Source: Cenarchaeum sp.
GTDB lineage: Archaea > Thermoproteota > Nitrososphaeria > Nitrososphaerales > Nitrosopumilaceae
Assembly (NCBI GenBank): GCA_965206845.1
Contig: OZ242221.1
Coordinates: 1,585,951 to 1,649,950 of the forward strand
Length of the DNA stretch: 64,000 nucleotides
Direction of reading: 5' to 3'
A program made the translations under genes and the position numbers. The notes beneath the pieces are model-generated. The model had not been told where the DNA came from, did not search any database, and saw nothing but the letters and a program-made list of their open reading frames with translations. This document shows, piece after piece, positions 50,833 through 60,882 of this stretch (position 1 is the stretch's first letter; every line of letters starts with the position of its first letter).

Positions 50833-51405
50833 TCATTTGACGCTTCTTGCGGTGACTGCTACCCTCTGCACGAAGGTGACCGCGGCGATGATGATCACGA
50901 TGACTACGGCCGCTTCCATAAACCCTGCCATCCCGACTATGGCCACCACCAGGAGCCGCTCGGCGCGCTCACCTATGCCGATGCCCTGCAGCTTTATCCC
51001 CAGCGACTCGGCCCGGGATCTGGTGTAGCTCACCAGCAGGGACAGGGATATGGCCAGTAGAACCAGGTACGGATCCGCATGCCCGCCTATCATGATCCCA
51101 AGGAAGATGGCCACCTCTGCGATCTTGTCAAATACCGAGTCAAGAAAGGCGCCTCTTTTTGAGGACGTGCCTGTTATGCGGGCCACTTGGCCGTCAACAA
51201 CGTCAAAGAATCCCGATGCCAGAAGCAGGGCGCCGCCTATTACCAGAGAATGCTGAATCCCCATGACGCCATAGACGGTAGCAGACGCAAGCGCAAGAGC
51301 CAGCCCCACACCTGTCCAGACATTGGCGGACAGGCCGGTTGACGCAAACGCAGCGCCCACCTTCTCCAGCGCCGGTCTGAGGCGCTTCCGGAGATTGTTT
51401 AGCAC
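50833..51405 (-). CDS. CDP-alcohol phosphatidyltransferase (archaetidylinositol-phosphate synthase-like)
   Basis: DVVDGQVAR...GAFLDSVFD motif; GIGERAER. Confidence 0.9.
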   Translation of the reverse strand: MLNNLRKRLRPALEKVGAAFASTGLSANVWTGVGLALALASATVYGVMGIQHSLVIGGALLLASGFFDVVDGQVARITGTSSKRGAFLDSVFDKIAEVAIFLGIMIGGHADPYLVLLAISLSLLVSYTRSRAESLGIKLQGIGIGERAERLLVVAIVGMAGFMEAAVVIVIIIAAVTFVQRVAVTARSVK

Positions 51406-51464
51406 AGGATACTGCGGGTGTGATAATATATAAAAAAAAACACCTAGCCGGTGCCTGGGGAACA

Positions 51465-52334
51465 CTATGCCTGCAGGTTCATGGCAATTATGTCCGACAT
51501 TATTCTTGCTGCCACAGCCGCGGTTGCCCCGTTGTCGTACTGCGGGCTGGCCTCTACTATGTCGGCACCCGCTATCCTTGCATCCCTTAGGGCAGAGATC
51601 ATATCCAGCAGCTCCCTGGATGTGATGCCTGCCGCCTCGGGGTTGCCGACGCCGGGAGCAAATGCGGGATCCAGCACATCCAGATCAAAGCTTGCGTAGA
51701 TGGCATCAAACGTGGACGCCATCTCCCTGAGCAGCTCAGGCCCCCTCCCACTGCGGATCTCCCCGTCGGTTATGGTTCTGATTCCGCTCTCCTTGAGAAA
51801 CGCCAGCTCCTCTCCCACAAAGGCCCTGGCGCCCACATGGATGATTCTGTCTGCTCCCCTCTCCTCCACTATTCTTCTAAGGTATGACGCGTGGCTGAGC
51901 CTTGCGCCGGCAAGCCCGTCCCGCAGGTCGTAGTGCGCATCAAAGACAACATAGCCTGTCTCTGTGGGGAACTGCGTGTAGGTTCCATAGGTGATGAGGT
52001 GCTCGCCTCCCAGTATGATGATCTGCCTTCTGCTCTTGATCAGCTCCGCTGTGACCTTGCCTGCCATGTCCAGCATCTCCTGTGGGGATACTGTGTGGAT
52101 CAGGTTTCCTAGATCTTCTATGTTGGCCTCCTCTAGGTCAACACCAAGATCCTCATGAAACACCTCTATGTTGTTGAACGCACTCCGGATGGCATCAGGA
52201 CCAAACCTGGTTCCGGGCCTGTAGGAGTGCGTGGAGTCAAAGGGAATTCCAAATACCGTGGCAGACGGACTACCCTCGCGACCCTGGGATGTGATCAGCG
52301 GACCGCCGCCCATGTATAGATCAAGAAAGCTCAA
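51465..52334 (-). CDS. speB: Agmatinase
   Basis: GTRFGP, GGEH, DAHYD and DLDVLDPAFAPGVG motifs. Confidence 0.92.
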   Translation of the reverse strand: MSFLDLYMGGGPLITSQGREGSPSATVFGIPFDSTHSYRPGTRFGPDAIRSAFNNIEVFHEDLGVDLEEANIEDLGNLIHTVSPQEMLDMAGKVTAELIKSRRQIIILGGEHLITYGTYTQFPTETGYVVFDAHYDLRDGLAGARLSHASYLRRIVEERGADRIIHVGARAFVGEELAFLKESGIRTITDGEIRSGRGPELLREMASTFDAIYASFDLDVLDPAFAPGVGNPEAAGITSRELLDMISALRDARIAGADIVEASPQYDNGATAAVAARIMSDIIAMNLQA

Positions 52335-52378
52335 TGTGTCATACCTGTTTGGAATCCATATTAACTGATGCGCCGGCC

Positions 52379-54226
52379 TTAGACCATTATCTGTGGCCTC
52401 TTTGAGAGAAGCATGGGCATGTTCAGTCCGGCAGTTGGCATCCCTGCCGTCTGCTCCATGATGCCTGCCACAAGGTCTTCCAGCGGAGCCGTGGTGGTTC
52501 TTCCGGTCTCTCGGTCGCGGACGTTTAGGCTTCCCGAGTCAGTTTCCTTCTGTCCGACCACCAGTATGTATCGGATCCACTCCATCTCCGCACTGCGGAT
52601 CCTCTTTCTGATGCTCTCGTTTCGGTCGTCCACGTCGGCGCGTATGCTATTCCCTGCGATCTTCTCTGCAAGCCCGATGCCAAACTCCAAAAACTCCTCG
52701 GTGACGGGGACTATCCTGACCTGTGTGGGCGCGAGCCACAGGGGCAGCGACGGCTTTTTGCCGTGCCGGGAGTTCAGGGCGGCCTTCTCTAGCAGCGCGT
52801 AGATGACTCTCTCTACTGCCCCGCTGGGCGAGTTGTGGAGTATTATGGGGTTTTGTGGCCTGTTGTCCTCATCGACAAACTCGATGCCGTACCTGCTTCC
52901 GTTCTCCACATCGATCTGATCCGTGGACATGGCAGACGCCTTTCCCAGATCGTCTATGTAGTTAAATTCCCACTTGAGCACAAAGTAGAAGAACTTCTGC
53001 TTCCACATCTCGACTAGCACCGGCCTGCCGTGCTCCCTTACGAGCTGGTTTACGGTATCGCGGTGCTCGTTGTAAAAGTCCTCGGTGAACCGTATTGCCA
53101 TCTCGTAGTCTCCCTCGTCTATGCCCAGGTGTGATAACACGTCCCTTGACAGCTCGAACCTGACTCTGAGCTCGTCGACTGCCTGTGGCATGTCCTTGCA
53201 GAATGCATGACAGTCCGGCATGGTAAACGCCCGGAGACGCCGCAGCCCCACCAGCTCACCTGACTGCTCCCGGCGAAAGCTGTACCTGGTAAGCTCGTAC
53301 AGTCGGTACGGCAGGTTCCTGTAGGACATCTGGAGGTCGCTTGCTATCAGAAACTGTCCAAAGCAGGCGGCAAACCTCAGGAACAGATCCTTGCCTTCCG
53401 AGTCCACGCTGTACTGCCTCGCGGGAAACCGGTTAAAGTAGCTCTCCATGCTGGGGTGGTGTGCGTCGTACATGATGGGGGTCTCCACCTCGTATCCCCC
53501 ATACCTCCTCACGCGCTCCGTAACGTACCGCTCGATGAGCGACTTGATCAGCCTGCCGTTTGGGTAGAATCGTATGTTGCCCGAGTCGGATGCAGGCTCG
53601 TAGTCGGCGATTGCCAGCTTCTTCATCAGAGCAACATGCGGCGGCGGCGCGTCGACGCCCCGCTTCTTTGCGGTCTCATACCTGGAGAGGATCTCCAGGT
53701 TTTTGCTCCTCTGGAAGTTGAACTCCGAGATCCCGCGCATGGATCCGTCGGGGGACAGGATGTACCAGTATGACTTGATCTTTGACTCGGACTTCAGGGC
53801 ATGTGACGTGCCCCCCTCTGTGCTACCTGTGATCACGCGGGAGCTCTCCGCCATCGGGTGTCCCTTCACGCTTACGCTGTAGAACTTTGTCCAACCAAAG
53901 GGTGCCCGGGACACCTCCAGCCCTTCCAGCATTTTCTCCATGCTGCGTATTATGCCCAAGGCCGCGCCGGGGGACGCAAGATCCGAGCTCAGGTGGGCAT
54001 ACGGGTACAGCAGCAGCCTTGGGCAGCCGATCTTGCCCATGTGCTCCCTGATCCCGTCTGACGCCTTCTGCGCCACGTCGGCATCGTCGTTCTTCTCGAT
54101 TGTCACAAACGCGACAAGCACCTCCTCAAGATGCTGCGGTTCTGGCACGATCTCCTCTGCAGCCTCGATCTCCTTCTTTGTCGGGGCGTAGTCTATGCTG
54201 TCACAGTGCAGCTGCAAAATTCGCAT
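52379..54226 (-). CDS. thrS: Threonyl-tRNA synthetase (archaeal type)
   Basis: Archaeal editing domain YPYAHLSS/PFGW; FRREQSGEL.GLRRLRAFTMPDCH; anticodon-binding domain. Confidence 0.96.
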   Translation of the reverse strand: MRILQLHCDSIDYAPTKKEIEAAEEIVPEPQHLEEVLVAFVTIEKNDDADVAQKASDGIREHMGKIGCPRLLLYPYAHLSSDLASPGAALGIIRSMEKMLEGLEVSRAPFGWTKFYSVSVKGHPMAESSRVITGSTEGGTSHALKSESKIKSYWYILSPDGSMRGISEFNFQRSKNLEILSRYETAKKRGVDAPPPHVALMKKLAIADYEPASDSGNIRFYPNGRLIKSLIERYVTERVRRYGGYEVETPIMYDAHHPSMESYFNRFPARQYSVDSEGKDLFLRFAACFGQFLIASDLQMSYRNLPYRLYELTRYSFRREQSGELVGLRRLRAFTMPDCHAFCKDMPQAVDELRVRFELSRDVLSHLGIDEGDYEMAIRFTEDFYNEHRDTVNQLVREHGRPVLVEMWKQKFFYFVLKWEFNYIDDLGKASAMSTDQIDVENGSRYGIEFVDEDNRPQNPIILHNSPSGAVERVIYALLEKAALNSRHGKKPSLPLWLAPTQVRIVPVTEEFLEFGIGLAEKIAGNSIRADVDDRNESIRKRIRSAEMEWIRYILVVGQKETDSGSLNVRDRETGRTTTAPLEDLVAGIMEQTAGMPTAGLNMPMLLSKRPQIMV

Positions 54227-54417
54227 ATTCCCAGTCCTGTTATCGAAAATGAATTAAATCTTGTGAATCTGTGGGTATGGAATACTGCGATCACTAGGCC
54301 AGTCGGTGACTTGGGGGAATATTTGGAACCTGTGTGAAGCCGCCTTCGCACTCTGCCAGACTTTCATCGGTGACATGCGGTAGCGGCGGGGCGAACCCCG
54401 AACCAGTCATGTGTGGA

Positions 54418-55100
54418 TCATATGTGCGCGTCACCCGTCTCCACATTGGGCAGCATGTCTAGCATGTCCATATGATCCCTGAGTATGGCTGCGCCGTATC
54501 GCCTCATCTCTGCCAGCCACGCGCGACCTGCTTTTTCCATGTGATTACAGACATACAATGGTCTTCCCAGTCTGGGTGTCTCCCACCCCTGTACGGCGTA
54601 CCGCTGTCGTCCTCCGCCTCGACTATCGCGCTGGCATCAGATATCAGCGCCATGCACCGGTTCCGGACGACAAAGTTTTCCTTGGATATGCGACTGCCCA
54701 TTGGAAACTAGGACACGACAGGGCGGTTCCTCATTATGTCCCTCTGGAGACTGTAGCTTGGCGCCGGATATGTCCTGTTCAGCGGCGTGCCAAGGACGGC
54801 AGCCGTTCTGTCCTCCGAAGCAATGGCGGTCTGGTGCGATGCCGTGTCTATTCCGGCCGCAAGGCCGCTTACTACGGTGACTCCGTTGTCAGCCAGCATC
54901 CCTGATACGGCCCGGGCTTCTGCCATCTCTTCCCTGGTGAGCCTTCTGATGCCTATTGCCGACACCCTGGATCGGGGGAGCGGGATCTTCATTGCCCTTT
55001 TTGTGTAGATGCTTTTGGAGCGTATTTTTTTGGTGTCGTTAAGCGGCCTCCTCAACAACTCCCTTGGTGACAGAGCTCTGCTCTCTTTTGGAGGGTATGG
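54418..55100 (-). pseudogene. dprA: DprA/Smf DNA-processing protein pseudogene
   Basis: VVSGLAAGIDTASH, AVLGTPL, VVS*FP (TAG 54708-54710), NFVVRNRCMALISDAS..VEA..SGT, then a frameshift near 54595 into QGWE..RLGRPL. Confidence 0.82.
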
Positions 55101-55192
55101 GATAAAAGCAGTTGTTGCTTGGATCCTTTTGAAGACACGATGGCTCTCCTTTGCGCGACTGCGAGATGTGGCCTTTTGTGGCCCACCGCGCC

Positions 55193-55543
55193 TTATGGCG
55201 AGTGCTGCGGGCCTGCACGGGCATCTATGGATATTATGGAGCGCAAGATCAGGCCGCTCAGACCGAGGTTTGATGTTAGAAATTTCCTTGCCTCGTCCAG
55301 CGCGTTATTCCCCCTATATCCCTCGTCATATGCCATCTCGACCTCCCCGCGGTCGGTGCTGACTACCGACGTGATGAGTGAGTACGGGCCGAGCTTGACG
55401 TCGACCCGCTCGACGTACTGCCGCAGCTCCACACGGTGCACGGTGAATCCGAGCTCTGAGACCAGGTCTGACTCCAGCAGGAGCACCGTCCCGTCGGGCC
55501 TCCGGTTCACGCGTGACGGGCGCGGCATGTCGACAAATCCCAT
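55193..55543 (-). CDS. Hypothetical protein (MGFVDMPRPS...)
   Basis: Protein-like ORF ending NLGLSGLILRSII. Confidence 0.6.
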   Translation of the reverse strand: MGFVDMPRPSRVNRRPDGTVLLLESDLVSELGFTVHRVELRQYVERVDVKLGPYSLITSVVSTDRGEVEMAYDEGYRGNNALDEARKFLTSNLGLSGLILRSIISIDARAGPQHSP

Positions 55544-55706
55544 ATGCGGTACCGGTGGATCCGGCTGTAATTTTTGAGTTTGGCATCGCAACGCACAAGT
55601 GGCCGCATGCTGCGCCGGATCGGAGTCAAGAACCCCCCGTGACGCAGGCATTCACATCGCCAGGATGCGGCTCAAGATATTAATTGCCACGACTGGAATT
55701 CCAGCC

Positions 55707-56837
55707 GTGGCTCACCATCATTTTCAGGGAAGGGACATTCCCCACATCCGGCTGAGCCCCGACATGACCGTGGAAGATCTGGTGGATATGTACGAGCGGA
55801 CCGGATACAACGGACGAAGGCTGGGCGAGGCCGCAAAGCTGTACGCCAAAATGATCGAGAGCGATGCGACCATCTGCCTTGCCGTATCGGGTGCAATGAC
55901 GCCGGTGGGATTTGGCGGCATCTTTCAGGATCTGATGAAGAATGGGTTCGTGGACTGGATGATCACCACCGGGGCCAACGTCTACCACGAGGATCACTTT
56001 GCTTGGGGCCTTCCCGTAAAGCAGGGACACTCGGAGGTGGACGACGCGATACTGTATGAAAAGGAGATAGTGAGAATCCGTGATGTGTACATCAAGTTCT
56101 ACGAGACGCTTGAGATGCAGGATCAGGTGGTGCAGAAGATGTTCATATCAAACCTTACCGATGGTCCCTTTACCACGGCAGAGTTTTGCAATGTGATGGG
56201 AAGGATCACCCGGGAGAAGTCCAGATATCCGGAACGCAGCTTTGTTGCAACCGCCCACGAGTACGACGTCCCAGTATACATCTCCACCCTGAAGGACTCG
56301 TCCCTGGCACTGAACCTGGCCGTGCACAGGCTGCGCGGTAAGAGGTACAACCTGGATATCGCGAGGGAGATTCTGGAGCAGGGGGCGATTCTTCACGATT
56401 CCACAAGGTCGGGAATAGTCGAGCTCGGCGGCGGCGTCCCAAAGAACACCGCACAGCAGACCGGCCCGCTGTTGGATCAGATACTCCGGCGGGGGCACGG
56501 CGGCCAAGACTACATAGTCCAGATTACTGACGCGCGGCCCGATACGGGGGGACTGTCGGGGGCAACACTGCAGGAGGGCAAGAGCTGGGGCAAGATACAG
56601 GATGCCCACAGTAACATGGTCACCGTGTACGCAGACGCGACCGTCGCCTTTCCGATTCTGGCTTTGTACGTTCTAAGCAGGCAGAAGCGCAGGACGCCCA
56701 AGCGACTGTATGGGAAGCTTGGCACCCTGTATGGCAATCTGAAGCGCGACTATTTTGAAAAGGAGGACGAGTTTTACGATCTTCTTGACGACAACTATGC
56801 CCCAAAGAGAGATCTGCCATCAACAAAAGCAGCCTAG
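55707..56837 (+). CDS. Deoxyhypusine synthase family protein (possibly homospermidine synthase-like)
   Basis: SGAMTP, TTGAN, GGGVPKN, DTGGLSGATLQEGKSWGK and DATVAFP motifs. Confidence 0.9.
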   Translation: MAHHHFQGRDIPHIRLSPDMTVEDLVDMYERTGYNGRRLGEAAKLYAKMIESDATICLAVSGAMTPVGFGGIFQDLMKNGFVDWMITTGANVYHEDHFAWGLPVKQGHSEVDDAILYEKEIVRIRDVYIKFYETLEMQDQVVQKMFISNLTDGPFTTAEFCNVMGRITREKSRYPERSFVATAHEYDVPVYISTLKDSSLALNLAVHRLRGKRYNLDIAREILEQGAILHDSTRSGIVELGGGVPKNTAQQTGPLLDQILRRGHGGQDYIVQITDARPDTGGLSGATLQEGKSWGKIQDAHSNMVTVYADATVAFPILALYVLSRQKRRTPKRLYGKLGTLYGNLKRDYFEKEDEFYDLLDDNYAPKRDLPSTKAA

Positions 56838-57046
56838 GGTCTGTCGTACCGGGCCCGTTCAAGTGATCTGTCTTCCTTGGTCTCCTTCTTCCATTCCTTG
56901 TAGTGTTCCTTGCACAGGACGGCCTTCTTTCCAGATGAAGCAAGTCTGATGCCTGCCTCCTCTACCCTTCTGCGGTTCAGGGAGCGCAAGCCGCTGGCAG
57001 TGCATCCGTCAACGCTACAGTCTGCCCCCTTTGCCACTATGCCCAT
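56834..57046 (-). CDS. Small conserved archaeal Zn-binding hypothetical protein
   Basis: CSVDGC...LCKEHYKEWKK. Confidence 0.75.
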   Translation of the reverse strand: MGIVAKGADCSVDGCTASGLRSLNRRRVEEAGIRLASSGKKAVLCKEHYKEWKKETKEDRSLERARYDRP

Positions 57047-57144
57047 ATTTTTTCTTCCAGTTGGTGCTATTTAAGTCGAAATCGCCGGTGTGGGTAGGCC
57101 TGCCTGCACTTTCGTTTATTAAGAGGAATATTCGGCGCTATTGC

Positions 57145-57462
57145 ATGGCTGGTCAGAAGAAAAAATCCACAGGTCAGAAGGAGAGATCCCGTACCGACTC
57201 AAAGAAGAACGCAAAGGGAAAGAAGGGCGACAAACAGGACAGCAAGTCAGCAAGGGCGACAATCGTCGTTGCCCTGTCCGAGCAGCAGGCGCTGAAGATA
57301 GTTCGGGCATCCAAGGGAATCACGACTCAGGATCTGGCAAGGCAGACCGGCGTAAAGATCTCTACTGCCAACGCATTTCTTAGGAGATCACTTGAGGGTG
57401 GCGTGATCGAAAAGATCGGAGGACGCAGCGGCCATTACATCTACCGGCCGGTTGCATCATAG
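57145..57462 (+). CDS. rps25e: 30S ribosomal protein S25e-like
   Basis: Lys-rich N-terminus plus winged helix (ITTQDLARQTGVKISTANAFL). Confidence 0.72.
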   Translation: MAGQKKKSTGQKERSRTDSKKNAKGKKGDKQDSKSARATIVVALSEQQALKIVRASKGITTQDLARQTGVKISTANAFLRRSLEGGVIEKIGGRSGHYIYRPVAS

Positions 57463-57768
57463 CATGCAGCAGAGCCGTCAACCACAAGCCAGAACGTTGG
57501 GGTTGCTTGCCGCACCACACCTGATGCGATGGTTCCATCATGATTATGTTTTCGTATTCTGATAAAGGCGGGACACCCACATGCGCATCCGGCTTTGCCA
57601 TGACGCGGCGCTGCTGGTGTGGATTGTTCTCGCGCTGACAGGTTCCGGTTCTATGAGTGCTGTACAGACTACGATGGGTTCGTATCTGCTTCCGATGTCT
57701 AGCGTATAGTTCGGTATGGGTACGGTATAATACATATGTTTTTATATCAATTGGGTGTGGTATATGAC

Positions 57769-57954
57769 ATGAGCCAGATGCTACTTGGTGCAGACCCTAC
57801 AGCGCGCCACCTGAAGATATACCGAAGAACGAGTCGGTCCAGATCGTCTATTGTGACCTGCTCTGTGTGCGGCAAGGGGCTGCCAGATGAGGTCTCCCTT
57901 ACCGCAAGAAGGGAGCGCGAAGACATTCTGTTCTTCTGCCCTGCACACCTGTGA
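57769..57954 (+). CDS. Small Zn-finger protein (CxxC...CxxH)
   Basis: CSVCGKGL...FFCPAHL; TATA ttttatat at ~57739. Confidence 0.6.
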   Translation: MSQMLLGADPTARHLKIYRRTSRSRSSIVTCSVCGKGLPDEVSLTARREREDILFFCPAHL

Positions 57955-57960
57955 TGCCGC

Positions 57961-59628
57961 TCAGATGGGGGCAGTAACTGCCCCGCGGGATGCAGATCCT
58001 ACCAGACAAGCGTATTTTGCCAGCGCTCCTGACGTATAGTTGGGCTCTGGACGACTCCACCGGCTCCTTCGCTCCTCAAGATCCCCTGCAGGCACATGAA
58101 GATCGATTGCGCCTGCATCCGTGTCTATTGTAATCCGGTCGCCTTCCTTTACCAGCGCTATCGGCCCGCCCACAAAGGCCTCGGGCGCAACATGTCCCAC
58201 CATAAAGCCCCTGGTGCCGCCGGAGAACCTCCCGTCAGTCACCATGGCCACCTTCTTTCCGAGTCCCTGTCCGACTAGGGCGGCAGTGGTTGCCAGCATC
58301 TCCCTCATACCTGGCCCTCCCCTGGGACCCTCGTACCTGATTACTACCACATCACCCTCGATTATCTCTCCCCGGGATACGGCATCAAAGGCGTGCTCCT
58401 CCCTGTCAAAGACCTTGGCGGCTCCCGTAAACCTGCTCATCTCCACTCCTGATGTCTTGATGACCGCACCGTCCGGAGCCAGGGATCCTCTGAGGATCAC
58501 CGCGGTGCCGGTGCTGTGGATCGGAGCAGAGACAGGCTTGACAATCTGCTGCTGTGTCTCCTGAATGCTTATGGATGCCAGGTTCTCCTTCATGGTCCTG
58601 CCCGTAGCGGTAAGGGTGTCACCGTGAATCAGTCCTGCATCAAGGAGCCTCCTGAGCACCAACGGCACCCCGCCTACCTTGTCCAGAGAGTTCATGACGT
58701 AGTTTCCGCCAGGCTTCATGTCTGCCAGGTGTGGCGTCCTTCTCCTTATCCTCTCAAAGTCGTCATATCCCAGACTAATTCCTGTCTCACAGGACAGGGC
58801 AAGCAGGTGCAGTATTCCGTTGGTGGAGCCTCCTATGGCGTTCAAAATCGTAATGGCGTTCTCAAAGGCCTCAAAGGTCAGAATGTCACTGGGCCGGATT
58901 CCCAGCTCCAGCAGGGCGGCGCACGCCCTTCCCGTGTCATAAACCATCTTCTGGCGCCGCTCATCCTCTGCAGGCGGACCGGCGCTTCCAGGTAGCGCAA
59001 GCCCGATGGCTTCGGAGATGGATGCCATCGTGTTTGCGGTAAACATTCCGCCACAGGATCCTGCGCTGGGGCAGGCGTGGTTCTCGATATCCTTGAGCGC
59101 CTCTAGTGTGAGCTGGCCTGCGTCGTACGCCCCCACGGCCTCGTACGCATCGACAACTGTGAGCTCCCTTCCCTGCCATATTCCAGGCATTATCGTGCCG
59201 CCATAGACAAAGACAGACGGCAGGTTCAGGCGGGCCATTGCCATCATGGTTCCGGGTAGGCTCTTGTCACATCCCGCAATGCCTACTAGCGCGTCGTACT
59301 GGTGGGCCCTGACCATCAACTCGATCGAGTCTGCGATGACCTCCCGGGATATCAGGGACGACTTCATCCCCTCATGTCCCATGGCTATCCCATCGCTTAC
59401 GGCAATGGTGGAGAACTCTCGCGGGGTGGCCCCGCCGTCGGTGACACCCTCCTTTGCCTTCTGCGCCAGCTGTGGCAGGTGGATGTTACACGGCGTTGCC
59501 TCGTTTCCCGTGTGGCACACACCGACAAACGGCTTCTTCAGGTCGTCATCATCAAGTCCCATGGCCTTGTACATGGCACGGTGCGGAGTTCTGGCGGTGC
59601 CCTCTACGACATTGCGGCTTGATATCAC
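57961..59628 (-). CDS. ilvD: Dihydroxy-acid dehydratase
   Basis: PCNIHL, VSDGIAMGH, GCDKSLPG, GSCGGMFTANTM and TDGRFSGG motifs. Confidence 0.97.
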   Translation of the reverse strand: MISSRNVVEGTARTPHRAMYKAMGLDDDDLKKPFVGVCHTGNEATPCNIHLPQLAQKAKEGVTDGGATPREFSTIAVSDGIAMGHEGMKSSLISREVIADSIELMVRAHQYDALVGIAGCDKSLPGTMMAMARLNLPSVFVYGGTIMPGIWQGRELTVVDAYEAVGAYDAGQLTLEALKDIENHACPSAGSCGGMFTANTMASISEAIGLALPGSAGPPAEDERRQKMVYDTGRACAALLELGIRPSDILTFEAFENAITILNAIGGSTNGILHLLALSCETGISLGYDDFERIRRRTPHLADMKPGGNYVMNSLDKVGGVPLVLRRLLDAGLIHGDTLTATGRTMKENLASISIQETQQQIVKPVSAPIHSTGTAVILRGSLAPDGAVIKTSGVEMSRFTGAAKVFDREEHAFDAVSRGEIIEGDVVVIRYEGPRGGPGMREMLATTAALVGQGLGKKVAMVTDGRFSGGTRGFMVGHVAPEAFVGGPIALVKEGDRITIDTDAGAIDLHVPAGDLEERRSRWSRPEPNYTSGALAKYACLVGSASRGAVTAPI

Positions 59629-59680
59629 GAGGTTGTACGGCGTCTTCCATAATTTAGGCTTTGCACCGCATATGTGGCCT

Positions 59681-60277
59681 CTAGGCTATGATTGGCTGCG
59701 CGTCAAGCTCGTCAAGCTGTTGCTGGATCTCCTCAGGCGTCTCACCGCCGTAGGATATCAGGATTCTGTCCTCGTCATCCAGGACATAGTCGGTGATGCT
59801 CTCTATTGCCTCTCCGTTGATGTAGAACTTGAGTGAGTATTCCTCGTCGGTGCAGAACTGCCTGCCGTTGGGGAAGACGTAGCACTGATCATCCAGCTCG
59901 ATTCCGAGGGACTCAAAGAGGTCTCCCATGGTAACACCGGAGGAGTGCCTGTGGATGGTGGTGCCGTCCTGGGCCTCGAAGTGGATCCAGTTGCTCTGTA
60001 CCTGATAGGCTGCCGCCGCAAAGTCAAACGGGTCGTTGTGAATCTTGACCAGTATTGATGCATGTTCGTGCTCGTCGTTGAACGCACCCGCGCCTGGCGG
60101 TGTGTCGGGAGACTGCCCGTCTGTAGTGGCAAAGACGTATATCGAGTAGCCTACGATGACCCCAACCACTGCAAAGACCCCGACGGCTATGAGCAGGCTC
60201 TTCCGCTTCTGTGTCTTGCGCTGGTTTGCAAAGCTGTCCCTTTTTTGGGCCCGCTCTCTTCTCGTCTTTTTGCCCAT
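59681..60277 (-). CDS. Membrane-anchored hypothetical protein with HEH/IHRH metal-binding-like motifs
   Basis: Basic N-terminus, one TM, DEHEHAS, WIHFE...IHRH, CYVF...FC. Confidence 0.7.
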   Translation of the reverse strand: MGKKTRRERAQKRDSFANQRKTQKRKSLLIAVGVFAVVGVIVGYSIYVFATTDGQSPDTPPGAGAFNDEHEHASILVKIHNDPFDFAAAAYQVQSNWIHFEAQDGTTIHRHSSGVTMGDLFESLGIELDDQCYVFPNGRQFCTDEEYSLKFYINGEAIESITDYVLDDEDRILISYGGETPEEIQQQLDELDAQPIIA

Positions 60278-60477
60278 TTGCCACTGTTGCTTTTGGAAAT
60301 GCCCTATTTTAGGGCATGGTTTTTTTGCGCCGCCAGGATATGATCGTGGTTCCCCCTGTTGAGTGGCAGCCATGAGATGCCGTCAGACCGTATGATCTGG
60401 ACGTCCCCGGGTCACAATGGCACCAGTTCATGCGGTAATCGCTGAACTATTAAATAAAAACCGCCCAGAGGGGTCTC

Positions 60478-60882
60478 ATGGGTTGTATCTTTTGTGATAT
60501 AATTGCAGGAAGGGAGAAGGCCCACTTTATCTACGAGGATGAGGTGTGTGTGGCGATACTGGACAGGTATCCGGTGGATCATGGGCACAGCCTCTTGATC
60601 CCGCGGACGCATGTAGAAAAGATTACCGATATGACAGGCGAGCAGGCAGGTGAGCTGTTCGCACGCGTGCCGCGGATCGCCAAGGCCGTCATACAGGGAA
60701 CCGGGGCTGATGCATTCAACGTGGGTCAGAACAACGGGGAGGCCGCTCGGCAGGTTGTACCGCATGTACATGTGCACATAATTCCGAGGTACGGCAGCAA
60801 GGGAACCAACTGGACGCAGCGCATCATTGCAGACTATGGCAAGCTGGGAGCCTTGGCCGATGCCATCCGTGACTCGTTCTAG
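60478..60882 (+). CDS. HIT family hydrolase
   Basis: CIFC...GHSLLIP...HVHVHIIPR. Confidence 0.93.
   Translation: MGCIFCDIIAGREKAHFIYEDEVCVAILDRYPVDHGHSLLIPRTHVEKITDMTGEQAGELFARVPRIAKAVIQGTGADAFNVGQNNGEAARQVVPHVHVHIIPRYGSKGTNWTQRIIADYGKLGALADAIRDSF

Noticed and set aside
28969-54710. Three interrupted genes all have in-frame TAG (28969, 31532, 54708), suggesting amber recoding
   Set aside because: Many intact genes here end in TAG (for example tfb, trpA, pyrG). The transposase and DprA also carry other lesions (a lost catalytic Asp, a frameshift), and no pyrrolysine genes are in the window.
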